A stretch of DNA of 64,000 nucleotides from Calcarisporiella thermophila CBS 279.70. Lineage: Eukaryota > Fungi > Calcarisporiellomycota. The translations under genes and the position numbers were made by a program. Of the stretch, positions 10,435 to 22,311 are shown piece after piece (the first letter of the stretch is position 1; every line of letters begins with the position of its first letter). The notes under the pieces were generated by a model. That model searched no databases, was not told where the DNA came from, and worked only from the letters and a program-made list of their open reading frames with translations. The stretch lies in the NCBI RefSeq assembly GCF_041956535.1, contig NW_027192193.1, positions 1,293,192-1,357,191 on the forward strand, written 5' to 3'.

Positions 10435-13400
10435 ATGCAGCGCGCACCTCACCGCAAAGTTTCCTATGTCATCCGGTACGGCGACGAGGAGGCCGCCCAC
10501 TGCCTCGGGATCAATTCCCTCGCCCTCGACCCAACCACGAAAGGCGGTTTGCTCTACACCGCTGGACGGGATGGCGTCGTAGCATCGTGGAATCTCAATC
10601 TCCCCGCTAAAGGGCAGAAGTTTGCGGATGACGAGGACGAAGTTGCAATTGGGCAGATGATGTGGAGAGTCGACACTGAGGCCTTGGAGGTAAGCGGGCT
10701 CAATGGAGAAGTAGATGATGGAGATAATGGCTAATTACTTCCCTCTCCTCCTTCCTCCCCCTCGCCCTTCTCATACTTCGTATTTCTGTAGGCACAATCT
10801 CCCAAATCGACATTCTCACAAGCGTTTCAAGGCCATACCGACTGGGTGAACGATATAGCATTATGTCATAATAACCGCATTCGTAAGAACCAATCAAACA
10901 ATCTGAATGGGGCTATTTTGTCAATGTAACCTCTTGTGCCATTATGTTGTAGTGATTTCTGCATCCTCAGACCGCACATTAAAGCTTTGGCTTCCATTCA
11001 GTGATACCCCTACTGTTTCTACTACTATTGGTCATCATTCTGATTACATCCGATGTCTTGCCCACGCGCCGGGAGCTGGTTGGGTTGCAAGTGGTGGGTT
11101 TGATCGCAAAATTTTTCTCTGGGATATTCAAGAGGGCAGAGAGAGAGCCACAGGCGTCCTTAGTGAGAATGGATATGGCCCTATATGTAAATGAATGCGT
11201 AGTTCTATGTCTTGGTTACGGGCTGGATGCTAACACGTTGTCACATGGTAGCGGCCATCGCAGAGGGATCGCCAAAGTCCTCCATATATGCACTCGCCTG
11301 CAACCCAACGGGCTCCATCCTCGTATCTGGCTCGCCTGAAAAAGTGGTGCGGGTCTGGGATCCAAAATCTGGAAACCGCATCACGAACTTTATGGGCCAT
11401 ACGGATAACATCCGATCTATTCTAGTGAGCGATGATGGCCAGCTGGTATGCGAACCTGAATCTGCCGTCGTGGCTAGTGAATTTTTCCATTTTACCCACT
11501 CGCCTCTTGTTCCTCCCCTGTAGATTCTATCCGCATCATCCGATAGCACCATTAAACTCTGGTCTCTCGTTGCACAGCGCTGTATCACCACCTATACCAT
11601 GCATTCAGATTCAATTTGGTCGCTTTTTTCAAACCATCCTCGACTAGAGGTGTTCTATTCGGGATCGAAGGATGGCTGGGTGTTTAAATCCGATATATTG
11701 CAGCGGGGCAACGACGGTATCCCAACCAGCGAGGCTGAGGAAGGAGAGAGTATTGCGCTCTGTAAAGAGAGCACGGGAGTGGTCAAGGTACATCCATCTA
11801 TCTGACGATTGATGCCACTGATGAAGTGCATTGATCATGGATGTATACATGTTCTAAACCGAATCTTCTAACTAGTTGGCTGCGCTCGACGACGTTTTCG
11901 TCTGGACCGCCACCTCCAAATCCAGCGTTAATCGATGGGTAAATGGGCCCGTTGGTTCATCGGGGAGAACACTCGTGCTAACTCTCTATTGCATCCTTAG
12001 CGAGATATTCCCCCCTTTTCCAAGCGTTTATTCGACGATCTAGAGGTCCCGACCCAATCCATCGTCAAGTTGGCTAATCCCGAGGCCACATTTACGACGG
12101 CAGACCCTGAGAAATTCACTGTGTACTCGGCCACCTCCATCCTTTCCATGTCGCCCCTGCCCTCGAACCTCGGCATGGAGTTCACCGAGACGCTTACGCC
12201 GGTGCGTGATGCACCCGACTACACTATCCCTGGAAAACACGGCTTAGTGAAGCATTTCATCCTCAACAACCGGCGTCACGTGCTCACGCTTGACACGGCT
12301 GGCGAGGTCGCTCTGTATGATATCATTCGATGCGTGCGCGTGAAAGAACTCGGGCAACGGGATCTCGAGGATGCGGCCAACGAGCTCTCCACGCTCGAGA
12401 GCGTAGCGAATTGGTGCACCATCGACACTAGGATTGGATCCCTCACGATCCACCTTGACGAAGCCCGCTGCTTTGACGGAGAGGCATATGCGGATGAGGC
12501 CGAGCTTGAGGAGGGCGAGATGGATATGCGCGACGACCAAAGGATTAATCTGGGGAGGTGGGTGCTTTCCAACATGTTTGCCGAGTTCACAGAGGAATAC
12601 TGCCGCATTCACATGCTTGGCCATGAGGTGGCACGCCAGCAGCACGAGGCTGACCTGGAGCAGTTTCAGACCTCCCAAAATGCTTCCGACGCCCTCGCCA
12701 AGGAAGCTTCGTCCCAGCTTGGATCCGACTCCTCTCTCACCAATGCGACCACCGCCACCACCTCTGCCATTCCCACCCCCATGATCATTGGGGTCGCGAC
12801 CCCCGCTGTCCCCGGAGCTGCAACCCAGGCCCCTCCCCCTTCATCCACGGCTACGCTCCAGCATCCAGCCCCGATTCCCACAACCGAGTACAGCTACCCA
12901 CCCAATACGCAAGCGATACCCCAAACCGCTCCGCCAACCCTGTCCAGCCCTGAGACGGACTATTTTTCGAGCTCTCACTATGTCTCTCAAACCCCTTCCA
13001 CAGCGATTCCGGCGGCCAACCTCCCTGCGGTTGCTGGGCGTCCAGCCGCGCCGTTCACAACGCAGACGCCACAGCAAACTGCCGCACCCCAATTTGTTAA
13101 CGCCGCGGTCCAGCCACCTCCCCCCGCCTTCATGCAAGGCGCTAATACGCCCGCCACCACGCTCATGGGCAAGATCAGGAACCTGACCAAGCTGACCCGG
13201 ACGCCGAGTGCTGAGATCAAGTTCGAGGCGCCGACCTCCCCCCCGGAAAGGCCAGATGAGGAGCCGTCCGTGTCGCAGGGGAATGTCCCCGGTGGCGAAG
13301 GACAAGCGGCCATGCAAGCGAACCCCGCCCCCTCCTCCCTGGCGCCAAAGTTGCAGCCGGAAGCCCAGGGCGCGGGTGATGGGTCTGCGCCCAGTCAGCC

Positions 13401-14211
13401 CAAGTCCCAGGCTCAGTCTCAACCACAGCAAGCCCAAGCTCCCCCCGCCTTCACCTATCGTCCGCCGTTTGTCCCCCATAATCGCTTGGACCTTGTGAAC
13501 CCTCCGTTCCAGCCTGCTCTCCCGGGCGATTACCCCCGCCTGAACATCCCCTCTTCCACGATTGTGTGCATTTCGGAGGAGTCACCCGAGGCGAGCGCCT
13601 CGGTGGACCTCTATCGTGGCACCGTGGGCGAGCTCACCCGGGATATTGGCCTCGTTCAGCAGGCTGCCCCCGCTTGGCTGCTGGAGTTCTTGGTGAAGTC
13701 TCGCGTGCCTCTGCGAGAGCCCATGAAAATCGGGTTCACACTGCGCCCCCACGAGAAGAGCGGGATGGCCGAACTCCCCAACGGCAATTCCCGCCTGACC
13801 GCGAATCGGATGCTGAGAGTGCGCAAGCTGCTGCAGTACGTTGTGGAGAGGCTGGAGTTGGAGTACCCACGCAGCCCAGCCGCGCCCGGGCAAGAGCAAT
13901 CGCAACCCGAACAAGCAGAGAACGGCGGAAAAGAAGGGTTCTCGCTGGCCCCCAACCAGGCTCCATCCCAGACAAATAGCCAGGCCTCGAAGGAGCCCGA
14001 GAAACAGGGCAAGGAGAATGCAAGGGAGTCGGAAAAGAAAGGCGCGGAGCCTTCAAGCGAGCCGCTCCCCGAGGTCTGGTTGGAGCTTGTTTGCAATGAT
14101 CAAGTGCTCTCGCCTACGTTGACGCTTGCCTCTATCCGACAGCACGTGTGGAAGGCTGGTGGAGACGTGGTGATAACGTATCGGTATCGAAAACCGTCCA
14201 GCTCGTCCTAA
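10435..14211 (+). CDS. WD40-repeat deubiquitinase cofactor, WDR48/UAF1/Duf1-like (C-terminal DUF3337/ubiquitin-like region)
   Basis: [108 protein letters not shown]. Confidence 0.92.
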
Positions 14212-14706
14212 ATTCCCCCCTCCTGTAAATTTTCTCTTTTTCTTTGTTTCGAGCGTAATCGTGTATTATCATCTTCTTATTTATTCCTGTTTTCCTTTTT
14301 TTTTCTTTCTCCTTTTCGAAATCCTTCCCTGAGGAACCTTTGATATTTATGGTGGAGTTCTAAAAGAAGCGATTTGCTTTTTTATTCTCTCCTTCAGCGT
14401 TCACTTTCTTTTTTTTTCCATTTTGATGAGCGACTGTATGATTATCGACGCTTATATTCCTGCAGCTTGATGGAAGCGGAATGTAGAGGATGATTTTCGT
14501 TTAATAAATCTGGACTGCCAGCAAAATGAGACTCCGATAGTGTCCTCCGAAGCCGACATCGGCCTGAATTCCATTTTCACACACTCCTCTATTTTATTTG
14601 TCAACACTGGATAAATTCAGCTGCTCCCCTCCTAAAGTTCAACGCCCTTATTCTTCTCAGAAATATTCCACGCTCATCGGCAGCGTGATTAGAGAAAAAA
14701 AAAAGA

Positions 14707-16585
14707 ATGGTGAGGTTATTTAAACGTGCCCATTCTGGTCCGCAATCCAGCGCGACCGAGAAGAGCGAGTCCGACTCTCTCCCTGACTTTAGTGACGGCG
14801 CTACCCTTATGGTGGAGGAGAAACGCTTGCTCCGGAAAATTGACCGCACTCTACTGCCTTATCTCGCCTTCCTCTACTTGTTAAGTAATCTGGACCGCTC
14901 GAACATTGCCAATGCAAAAGTGGCAGGTAAGTGGCCCTGCGGAAGAAGTCTCGGAGCTCATTGAATTAAATTGGGGGATGCGAATATTTGGACTGTAGGC
15001 TTGGGGGAAGATCTTGGGCTTGTGGGACTTGAATATCAGTGGTCGCTGAGTATTTTCTTTCTCGGGGTATATTTCTTAGGCTTGCACGCCATTCCTTTGG
15101 CCTCCTCTCGACAGCCCTAATGCTATCTGCTTTGATATCACTTTCTAGTATGTGCTCTTCGAGGTGCCTTCCAACATAGCCCTCCGACGCTTCTCCCCAT
15201 CAAAATGGCTGTCTTTCATTATGGTTGTCTGGGGGCTCTGCTCGTTCGGGATGGCGTTCAGCCAGAATTTCGCCGGCCTCCTCTCTACCCGCCTACTCTT
15301 GGGCTGTTTCGAAGCAGGGCTATATCCTGGTGCTATCTATCATATTTCTTTCTGGTACAAGCGCAACGAGCTGGCTTGGAGGATGTCGTTGTTCTTTGGG
15401 GCCGCGGCGCTATCGAGTGCATTTGGAGGACTACTGGCGTATGGTAATTTTGTTGGAACCGTTCCGGATATGACCCCCGGTGGGCTGGTGCAAAGATTCT
15501 CATCGATTCGTCTACCCGTAGGTCTACTGCGCATCAATGCCGGAGGTCTTGCTGGCTGGCGCTGGATGATGATCATCGAAGGTGGCCTAACGGTGCTGGT
15601 CGGCGCTTGCACCTATTTTGTGCTGCCGGACTTTCCTGAAACGGCCACGTTTCTGACGGAGCGTGAGCGTGCCCTGGTGAAACACCGCATCCAGATGGAC
15701 ACCAAGGCGCTCCCCATGCAGGCCGAGAATGTCTCTGGGTATATTCGTGAGGCTTTTTGCGAAGTTCGGACCTACCTGTTTGCTCTTGTGTATTCGAGTG
15801 CTTTTATCCCGCTTGTTAGCCAGGCCCTCTTCCAGCCCAGCATTATTCATAGCTTTGGCTTCGATGAATTTCAGACGCAGCTCTTGGTAAGCTAGCAGCT
15901 CCATGCACCCTGTAGCGCGAGAAACCTCTAACGCTCGTTACTTTTTTTTTCAAATAACAATGATGCCCCCTTCTAGCTCATTCCCCCCTCGGTCTTTGGC
16001 TTTCTCTTAACTCTACTCAATGCTTTCCATTCCGATCGCCAACACGAGCGCTGCTTCCATCTCGTCGCTTGCATGCTGATCTCCATGCTTGGGTATATCC
16101 TCCTTGCCGCGGTGCGCTCTACTGGAGTTCAATATTTTGCCACTTTCCTGGCGTATGGCGGGCTTCTTGCGTCCTGGCCAGTTCTGAGCGGATGGTGCTC
16201 GAGCTGTTTCGTCCCATACACGAAAAGAGGAGTGGCGATTGCGTTTATGGTCAGTGTGGGAAATGCGTTCGGCGTGGGGGCTCCCCAGGTCTACCAACCG
16301 GACGACAAGACCTTTGTACGGGGACATTGGATTTGTGTAGGGCTACTAGGTTTAGCCATTGTTTTGGTGTTGGGTCTAAGAGCCCACCTCGCCTATTTGA
16401 ATCGCGCCAGGGCCAAGAAACAGAGCGTCTCACCGGCAAATGCCACGCCCAAGGCCAAAGAGAAATATGTTGGGGGTGAGGGGCAGAGAGAGGAGGAGGA
16501 GGTGGTGGAGGCGGAGAGAGAGGGGGACGGGCAAGAGATGGAGGCAGCGTCAGACAGAGACATTGGCTTCCGGTTTATTCTATAG
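14707..16585 (+). CDS. MFS transporter, Dal5/anion:cation symporter family (TNA1-like)
   Basis: EKRLLRKID, LDRSNIANAK, LFEVPSN, RLLLGCFEAGLYPG, WYKRNEL, AFGGLLAYG, GWRWMMIIEG, LPDFPETA, D..FRFIL end. Confidence 0.92.
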
Positions 16586-16795
16586 ATCTCTAAATTGTGC
16601 TATTTATTCTTAGTTTGTATATTCGCATGCTAATTTATTAAACATAATACCAAATAGTTTTTTGAAAACATCTGCACAATTATGAATACAATATATAGGC
16701 GAGATGGCTTGTGTTGCCACCATATAGCACAGTGGTGAACAGTCCCACGAGTGGCATAAGAATGAAAAGATGGAAAACTCCATTCGAATGATGCA

Positions 16796-17553
16796 TTAGT
16801 CCTCTTTTCTCGACTTGACAACAATTACGGAGCAAGGAGATTCGCGAACACATCTATCGCTCACACTTCAGAGGAGCAATCCAAAACACGCATCAATACT
16901 CAGCATTGGGATAGTGGTCAAATGAGTGTGACTAACCTTTTCAATATCGTCCTAGTTCGTGAAAAAAGTAGCAAAAGATGGACCGATTAGTGGAAATACG
17001 GGATGGATGCTGCCCATTCAGTGAAGGAATACTACATACCGTTGCATCTGCCCGAGATTCCGGCTCCCCACCAACAACACTTCTGGCTCCTCTTTCACGG
17101 CTAGCTCGGGCAACCTTGAAGCGGGATCGCCCTCTATAATTCGCATTTCGTTGGAAATGAATTGCCGGTTAAGTAAGTCGACTACGGGCTCCACCAATTC
17201 TTCGGCAGCTTCACGGGTGCGAAGCCGATACTTCGAGGGGTTCGAAGATGACCAGCCTCCAAATGGAGGCACATTTTGAATATGGATATTGGAGTAAACC
17301 GTGGCAACGATCACATGGTCCTGTTCAGGTTGGATTAGATTTTGAATAGCCCTGTTCGTAGAGGTAACATTAGTTGCGGATCAAAATACAAGCAGAGGAG
17401 GGAATTATTTGTACACTACCATTCTACCATGTGTTGCGACGCTGGACTCGAATCATAGGCTAGAATTACTTTACGTTTGGAAGTTTTTGGCATAGAAGTT
17501 GTGGTGGGTGATTGGATTTCTTCTGTTTGAGTTTGTGGACGGGATTGTTCCAT
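16796..17553 (-). CDS. Universal stress protein (USP) family, including a ~15-nt internal exon
   Basis: RKVILAYDSS, EGDPA, LLVGSRNLGQMQRTILKSVSDRCVRESPCSVIVVK after splicing. Confidence 0.85.
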
Positions 17554-18150
17554 TTTGCAATGAGCGCCGTTCTCGCGTTCATGTGAAAATTGTCGAGATT
17601 TTTTTAATTAATGACCCTATACCGTTTCTCTTAATCGATTTTCTCACCCGGCTTCGGCCACGATCAATTTTGACTACTCTTTTAGGGTGGCAAATATATC
17701 GGTATGTAACCTAAATCAGCAATATGTAACCTAACCTATATAGATCTTCATAGCTTTAAGAGCGTCACACAATATCCGAACCTCTGTTTCATTTCACTGC
17801 CAAGAAAGAGCTCGAAATCAAAGAGGGGCATATTGGCCAACCGGCAGATAGTTTACTCCAGAAGAACCCGTTTTCCCTCACCCGCGTTTCCCTTAACCCA
17901 CTTTCTCGGACTTCAGGTCTGTTGTGAGAGGCATGCACAAATACCTTGTCCCCCAATAAGTTAACGACGGGAGAGGGAAGGATTCGTTTGTCTCTGTATA
18001 TCCTCCTTTACATGAACAACTCGGAATTATGATCTCCAAATCGCTATAGAAAATTCGTTTGTTGTGCTTCGTGTTCATTCATTATTCCATTTTGCATTCC
18101 TTAGCATTGTTGTTTCGCATTCACTTTTCATTTAGCATTCATATCCAAGA

Positions 18151-18933
18151 ATGAAAGCCCTAGCCTCATTACTCTTCTTTCTTGTCGTCATATCTGTTAT
18201 CCGCGCCGCCCCCACTACAATTTTACCATCTTCAAAATCAACCGCGGAGATCTGTACCTCCTGCCGATCGCTTGAGCAACTCTCATTGCGCTGTGCATAC
18301 ACAACGCCTCAATTTCTTTTTCTCTCACATTCACACCAGCAAGTTTCTCTGCTTCAATGCCTATGTCAAGATGAGACGGAGTTCTATGCCGCGATGAACC
18401 AGTGCTATTCCGGGTGCTTTTCACGAGCGGTCAAATCGAGAACAAAGTTCGGTGAATTGTGTGGCCTAGTAAAAACGGCAAACGGGGGAAAACACGAACA
18501 GGAAACCGAGGACTTTATTGCGACTTCGGAGCAAGCACCAACAGAAGCCAAGGATTTCCAGGCCCCTGCTAAGAGTCCAAAGATGCACAAGAATCTTTCT
18601 GAACAAGCAGAGCAAGACTTAAAGGATCCTTTAAGCTTCATTTACCATAGGGAGAGAGAAGTCGACGAAGGCAGCGAAGCTACAAAGTCGCCTTGGCGTT
18701 CGGGACTAGTTGGTCTCCACGGGGATGGAATATCGATGAGATGGGCTTGGGTGCTGCTCGTCGCAGTGGTACTGGTCCTACTTTTTTATTTCTGTAAACC
18801 ACGCTATCACCTTGTTGGCATTTTTTCTTTGCACCTGCATTCATTATTGCATTGCACTCATTCTCATTTTCTCCTCACACAAGAGATAACCAAAATATCC
18901 AAATGTTTATTCGCTTTGCTAGATTGTAATTAA
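18151..18933 (+). CDS. Secreted/type-I membrane protein with Cys-rich ectodomain; unknown function, 3' end uncertain
   Basis: Signal-peptide-like MKALASLLFFLVVISVIRA; C-x2-C...C...CLC...C-x3-C...C cluster; TM segment WAWVLLVAVVLVLLFYFC. Confidence 0.65.
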   Translation: MKALASLLFFLVVISVIRAAPTTILPSSKSTAEICTSCRSLEQLSLRCAYTTPQFLFLSHSHQQVSLLQCLCQDETEFYAAMNQCYSGCFSRAVKSRTKFGELCGLVKTANGGKHEQETEDFIATSEQAPTEAKDFQAPAKSPKMHKNLSEQAEQDLKDPLSFIYHREREVDEGSEATKSPWRSGLVGLHGDGISMRWAWVLLVAVVLVLLFYFCKPRYHLVGIFSLHLHSLLHCTHSHFLLTQEITKISKCLFALLDCN

Positions 18934-19915
18934 GCATATTTATATCCATTGTTATTATCGCTTTCCTGTCCTTTCGCATCTGCATTCCACTCATGCTCTT
19001 AATAATATCCCTCATTCTCTCAACCTCCTAGCCTCGAAGTGAAGAGGAAAAGCTTATTGGCCGAACCCTTGGATTCCGCAAAATATATCAAGAGTAAATT
19101 TTCTTTTCCTCCCACCTCTAATACTTGAGCAGGCGGTATATACTAATGGAGACTTCCATCACATCACTTGAATGGCACTCCGCATTCGAGCTGGAAATCA
19201 GAATTCAGTGTCCACAAATAGACTTGTTCCCAAGGTTGTGGGGAAGGCAGTACAAAGAGGCAGGGCAACTAAGGTACTGTCAAAGCTTCCGAGTGTTCCC
19301 GGATCCATTTATGATTAATGGTCTAAGAATTGCAAAACGTGCAACAGGTGCCACGGGAAGATCACGCTTGGCTAAGAAAATGACAAGAGGTTCAGCGCCC
19401 GTGCTAAATGGACATATTGAACGCATGCTTTATGAATCCACGGTACACTATTGTCGTATCATGGGAATGTGGCCATTCGAATTGAATCATAAGCTCGTGA
19501 GATCGCAAGCGAGCCACGAATAGACACTCCGGAGTGTCCCTGACGTGGAGCTAACCTTCTCTCGTCTAGGAATATCATAGGATGAGGAATATTTGACGCA
19601 AAATGAATAGGTTCTGGTACTGGCGGATATAGAGTTGAGATGCTTATCTCTTTCAATAGAGTTAGTGTTCAAGTATTTGAAAGCCACAGTTCAAACAGAA
19701 AAAAAATTGTAGGCCAAAACGAATCAACTACGTATAACATTTCAGTTGTTATCTTGCGCAGATAGCAGAGTGTGTGTTCTTTTTTCTTTAGCCCTTTCTT
19801 CTTGAATTCCTACTCCACATTTCTAACTCTCCGTATTAACATTCGTTCTTTTCTATGCCAAATTTGTTGTCCGCATCGATCTCCAGCATCTAATTTGAAT
19901 CGTTTCCCTCGTATA

Positions 19916-21135
19916 ATGAACATGACGGGCAACATGCCCATGGTTGCCATGAGCAGCAGCCTGCGCTCCACTCACGATAAATCACAGAACATGCTCACTG
20001 CTTCCTTTCCGCCCTACCCCACACCAAGTGACATGAGCGAATTGGATGCAGCGGGCGAAGGTGTTTTTTTTTTGATCTTATTCTCTCTTAGATGAGTGTG
20101 ATTAACCACAGGATTTCATCTCTAGATTACAAGTTCAACCATGGACAACTTGGAGGAAGCGGCTTTCTTGTCATTCCTGCAACTCCATCTGAAATGCCCG
20201 CAACTCCACTTCTTAACGACAGTGAGCAGCAATGGTTTTCAGAGTTTCTTGATCAAGTCGACGTTGATCAAGATTTTGTGTTTAATTTCTCCCTCCCCCA
20301 TCTGGGATTGATGCAACCTCCACCAGCACCTCCAACCTTACACTCCCCCCCACCTCCTCTCCCACCCTCTTACACCTCTATCGCTCATGCTAAGGGGACA
20401 AACTTCTATCAGCAGCCATCGCACCCCTTCACTCCTTGCAGCGAGGCTGGTAAACACCAGGAACGGTCGCACTCACCCACCGCTACAAGTAGTGCGCTCC
20501 CATCACCAGACTCTAGATCTAACGCGGCTGTTCCTCTTTCTCTTAAGCGCAGACTTCCGTCCGAAGAGCAGAAGGACCACACAAATACAAAATCTCCCAG
20601 CGACGAAGATCCTGAGAAATTACCGGGTGCTCATTCTCCCTCACCGCCCACGAAAAAGCCATGCACATCCTCACAAAGTCCCACTCCTTCTCCACGCATT
20701 CCATCCTCTACCCACCCCGATCCTTCCCAATCGCCAAATAGTGTCAAATCAAACCGTCGCTATCGTGAGCTCCTCACGGAAGAAGAAAAGCGTGCAAATC
20801 ACATTGCATCCGAGCAAAAGCGCCGCAACCAGATCCGGGCTGGGTTTCGAGATCTAACCGAAATCGTCCCCTCGCTGCAGAACGTAAACAGCTCAAAGAG
20901 CACCATTCTCTTCACGGCAGTAGAATTCATACGTCGGCTGGAACGGCGGAATGCCGTACTGCGAGGGAAAGTGGAGCAGCTGGAGGGAAGAATTAATCTA
21001 GGAAGGGAGAGAGGATGGGGCCACTTGCTTACCCTATCAAACCATTCGAATGATCCTCAGAGACTGCCTTCCCGTCCCTTTGGCCCGATGGAGTCGCTGG
21101 AGAGGGAGCGAAGACTGCCGAGGGAAACCTCATAA
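19916..21135 (+). CDS. bHLH(-ZIP) transcription factor, Mlx/Ino2-Ino4-like; 2 exons
   Basis: RELLTEEEKRANHIASEQKRRNQIRAGFRDLTEIVPSL...SKSTILFTAVEFIRRL followed by a heptad; N-terminal acidic motif LLNDSEQQWFSEFLD. Confidence 0.88.
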
Positions 21136-21858
21136 CGATTTTAGCTGTATCTGATTTCAGTTTCCTTTATATCTTTATACTTCTATGTACAATCGCTCTT
21201 TCTGCCAATTGATAATATTTCTTTTTAATACTCATATTTCTTGTTATTATTTTGACTACTTTTTTCTCGTTTCCTCTTTTAATCTTAATTGTAGATTTTG
21301 CCTTTTTTTTATTTCAATCTGATATTGACAGTTTTCCTTATCCCTAATGGTAGCATATTTATTATTGCTTTTTTTTTTCCTGACTTTGCGACACAAATCC
21401 GCAAATGGTGCATTCGAGAAAATTTCCCCTTAGCTCATCTCTACTTTTTCAGATTCCTCTGCTTCCAAGTCGAAACCGAAGACTCTCCGACGACCATATT
21501 CACACTCCTCTTCATTTATAGGTACACAAGTGTTGTGGTCCATGCCCCTTTGTTGACGGTGACATTTAATATTAGAATCAGCAAGGAATTTGAATTCCTT
21601 GTTTTATTTTTAGTTGAAACCGCAAATTAAGAAAATGCACGCTGCGTCATTGACGTAATGGACTGAGCACATGAAACTAGGCGAGCAGAAGCAATTCTGG
21701 TTGTAAGGAAGGCCCAAGGGTAGAAATATTCTGGCATGTCTTCTGACTCGCTTCGGCCTCGGAGCCCAATATGTACGAAAGAGACCATTTGATTGAGCTG
21801 CTATTTTCGGGGAAGCCGGTCTAACTATCTTGATTTCGGATCTAACTCTCAGGGGAGA

Positions 21859-21900
21859 GGAGCAATGAATGTCTAAGGAGCAATGAATGTCTAAGGAGCA
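21859..21900. repeat. 18-bp tandem repeat (GGAGCAATGAATGTCTAA x2.3)
   Basis: Direct reading of the intergenic sequence. Confidence 0.85.
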
Positions 21901-22311
21901 GAAGAGAGAGGGCTTTAGTGAAGGCGCAACAAGATGCATGGAGAACACGCAGAGAGTTGTTGGCCAATTCGGTTAAGACTTGTAAAGTTAGCTTGAAATA
22001 GGAATTTGAAAAGTCTATCGACCAGAGTTACAAACCCCACCCTCGGGGCCAAACGAAAATTTTTGGCTAAATAGTAAGGATTGGAAAGATAAGGCGATTA
22101 ACCATGTTAAGAAGAGGGCCTAGAGGAATATTCCTTCATTTCTAATTAACTGTCGAATAGGGATGGAACTGATCATTGTTGTACACGGAAAGCTTTATTC
22201 TTTCTATTCTAAGAGGGAGTGACGTCAGTCTAAGCGCTCCGTTTTGCTCTGAGCCTTCTCTCTTTGTCTGCTTCTCCAGGAAAACAATGCCAGACACTGG
22301 GTACTAACCAC

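Noticed and set aside
12244-14122. Many long antisense and alternate-frame ORFs over WDR48 (similarly over UGT, RNR1 and kinesin)
   Set aside because: Expected shadows of GC-rich coding sequence with no recognisable motifs.
21859-21900. Direct repeat considered as CRISPR-like
   Set aside because: Adjacent 18-bp copies without spacers in a eukaryotic genome; a simple tandem duplication.
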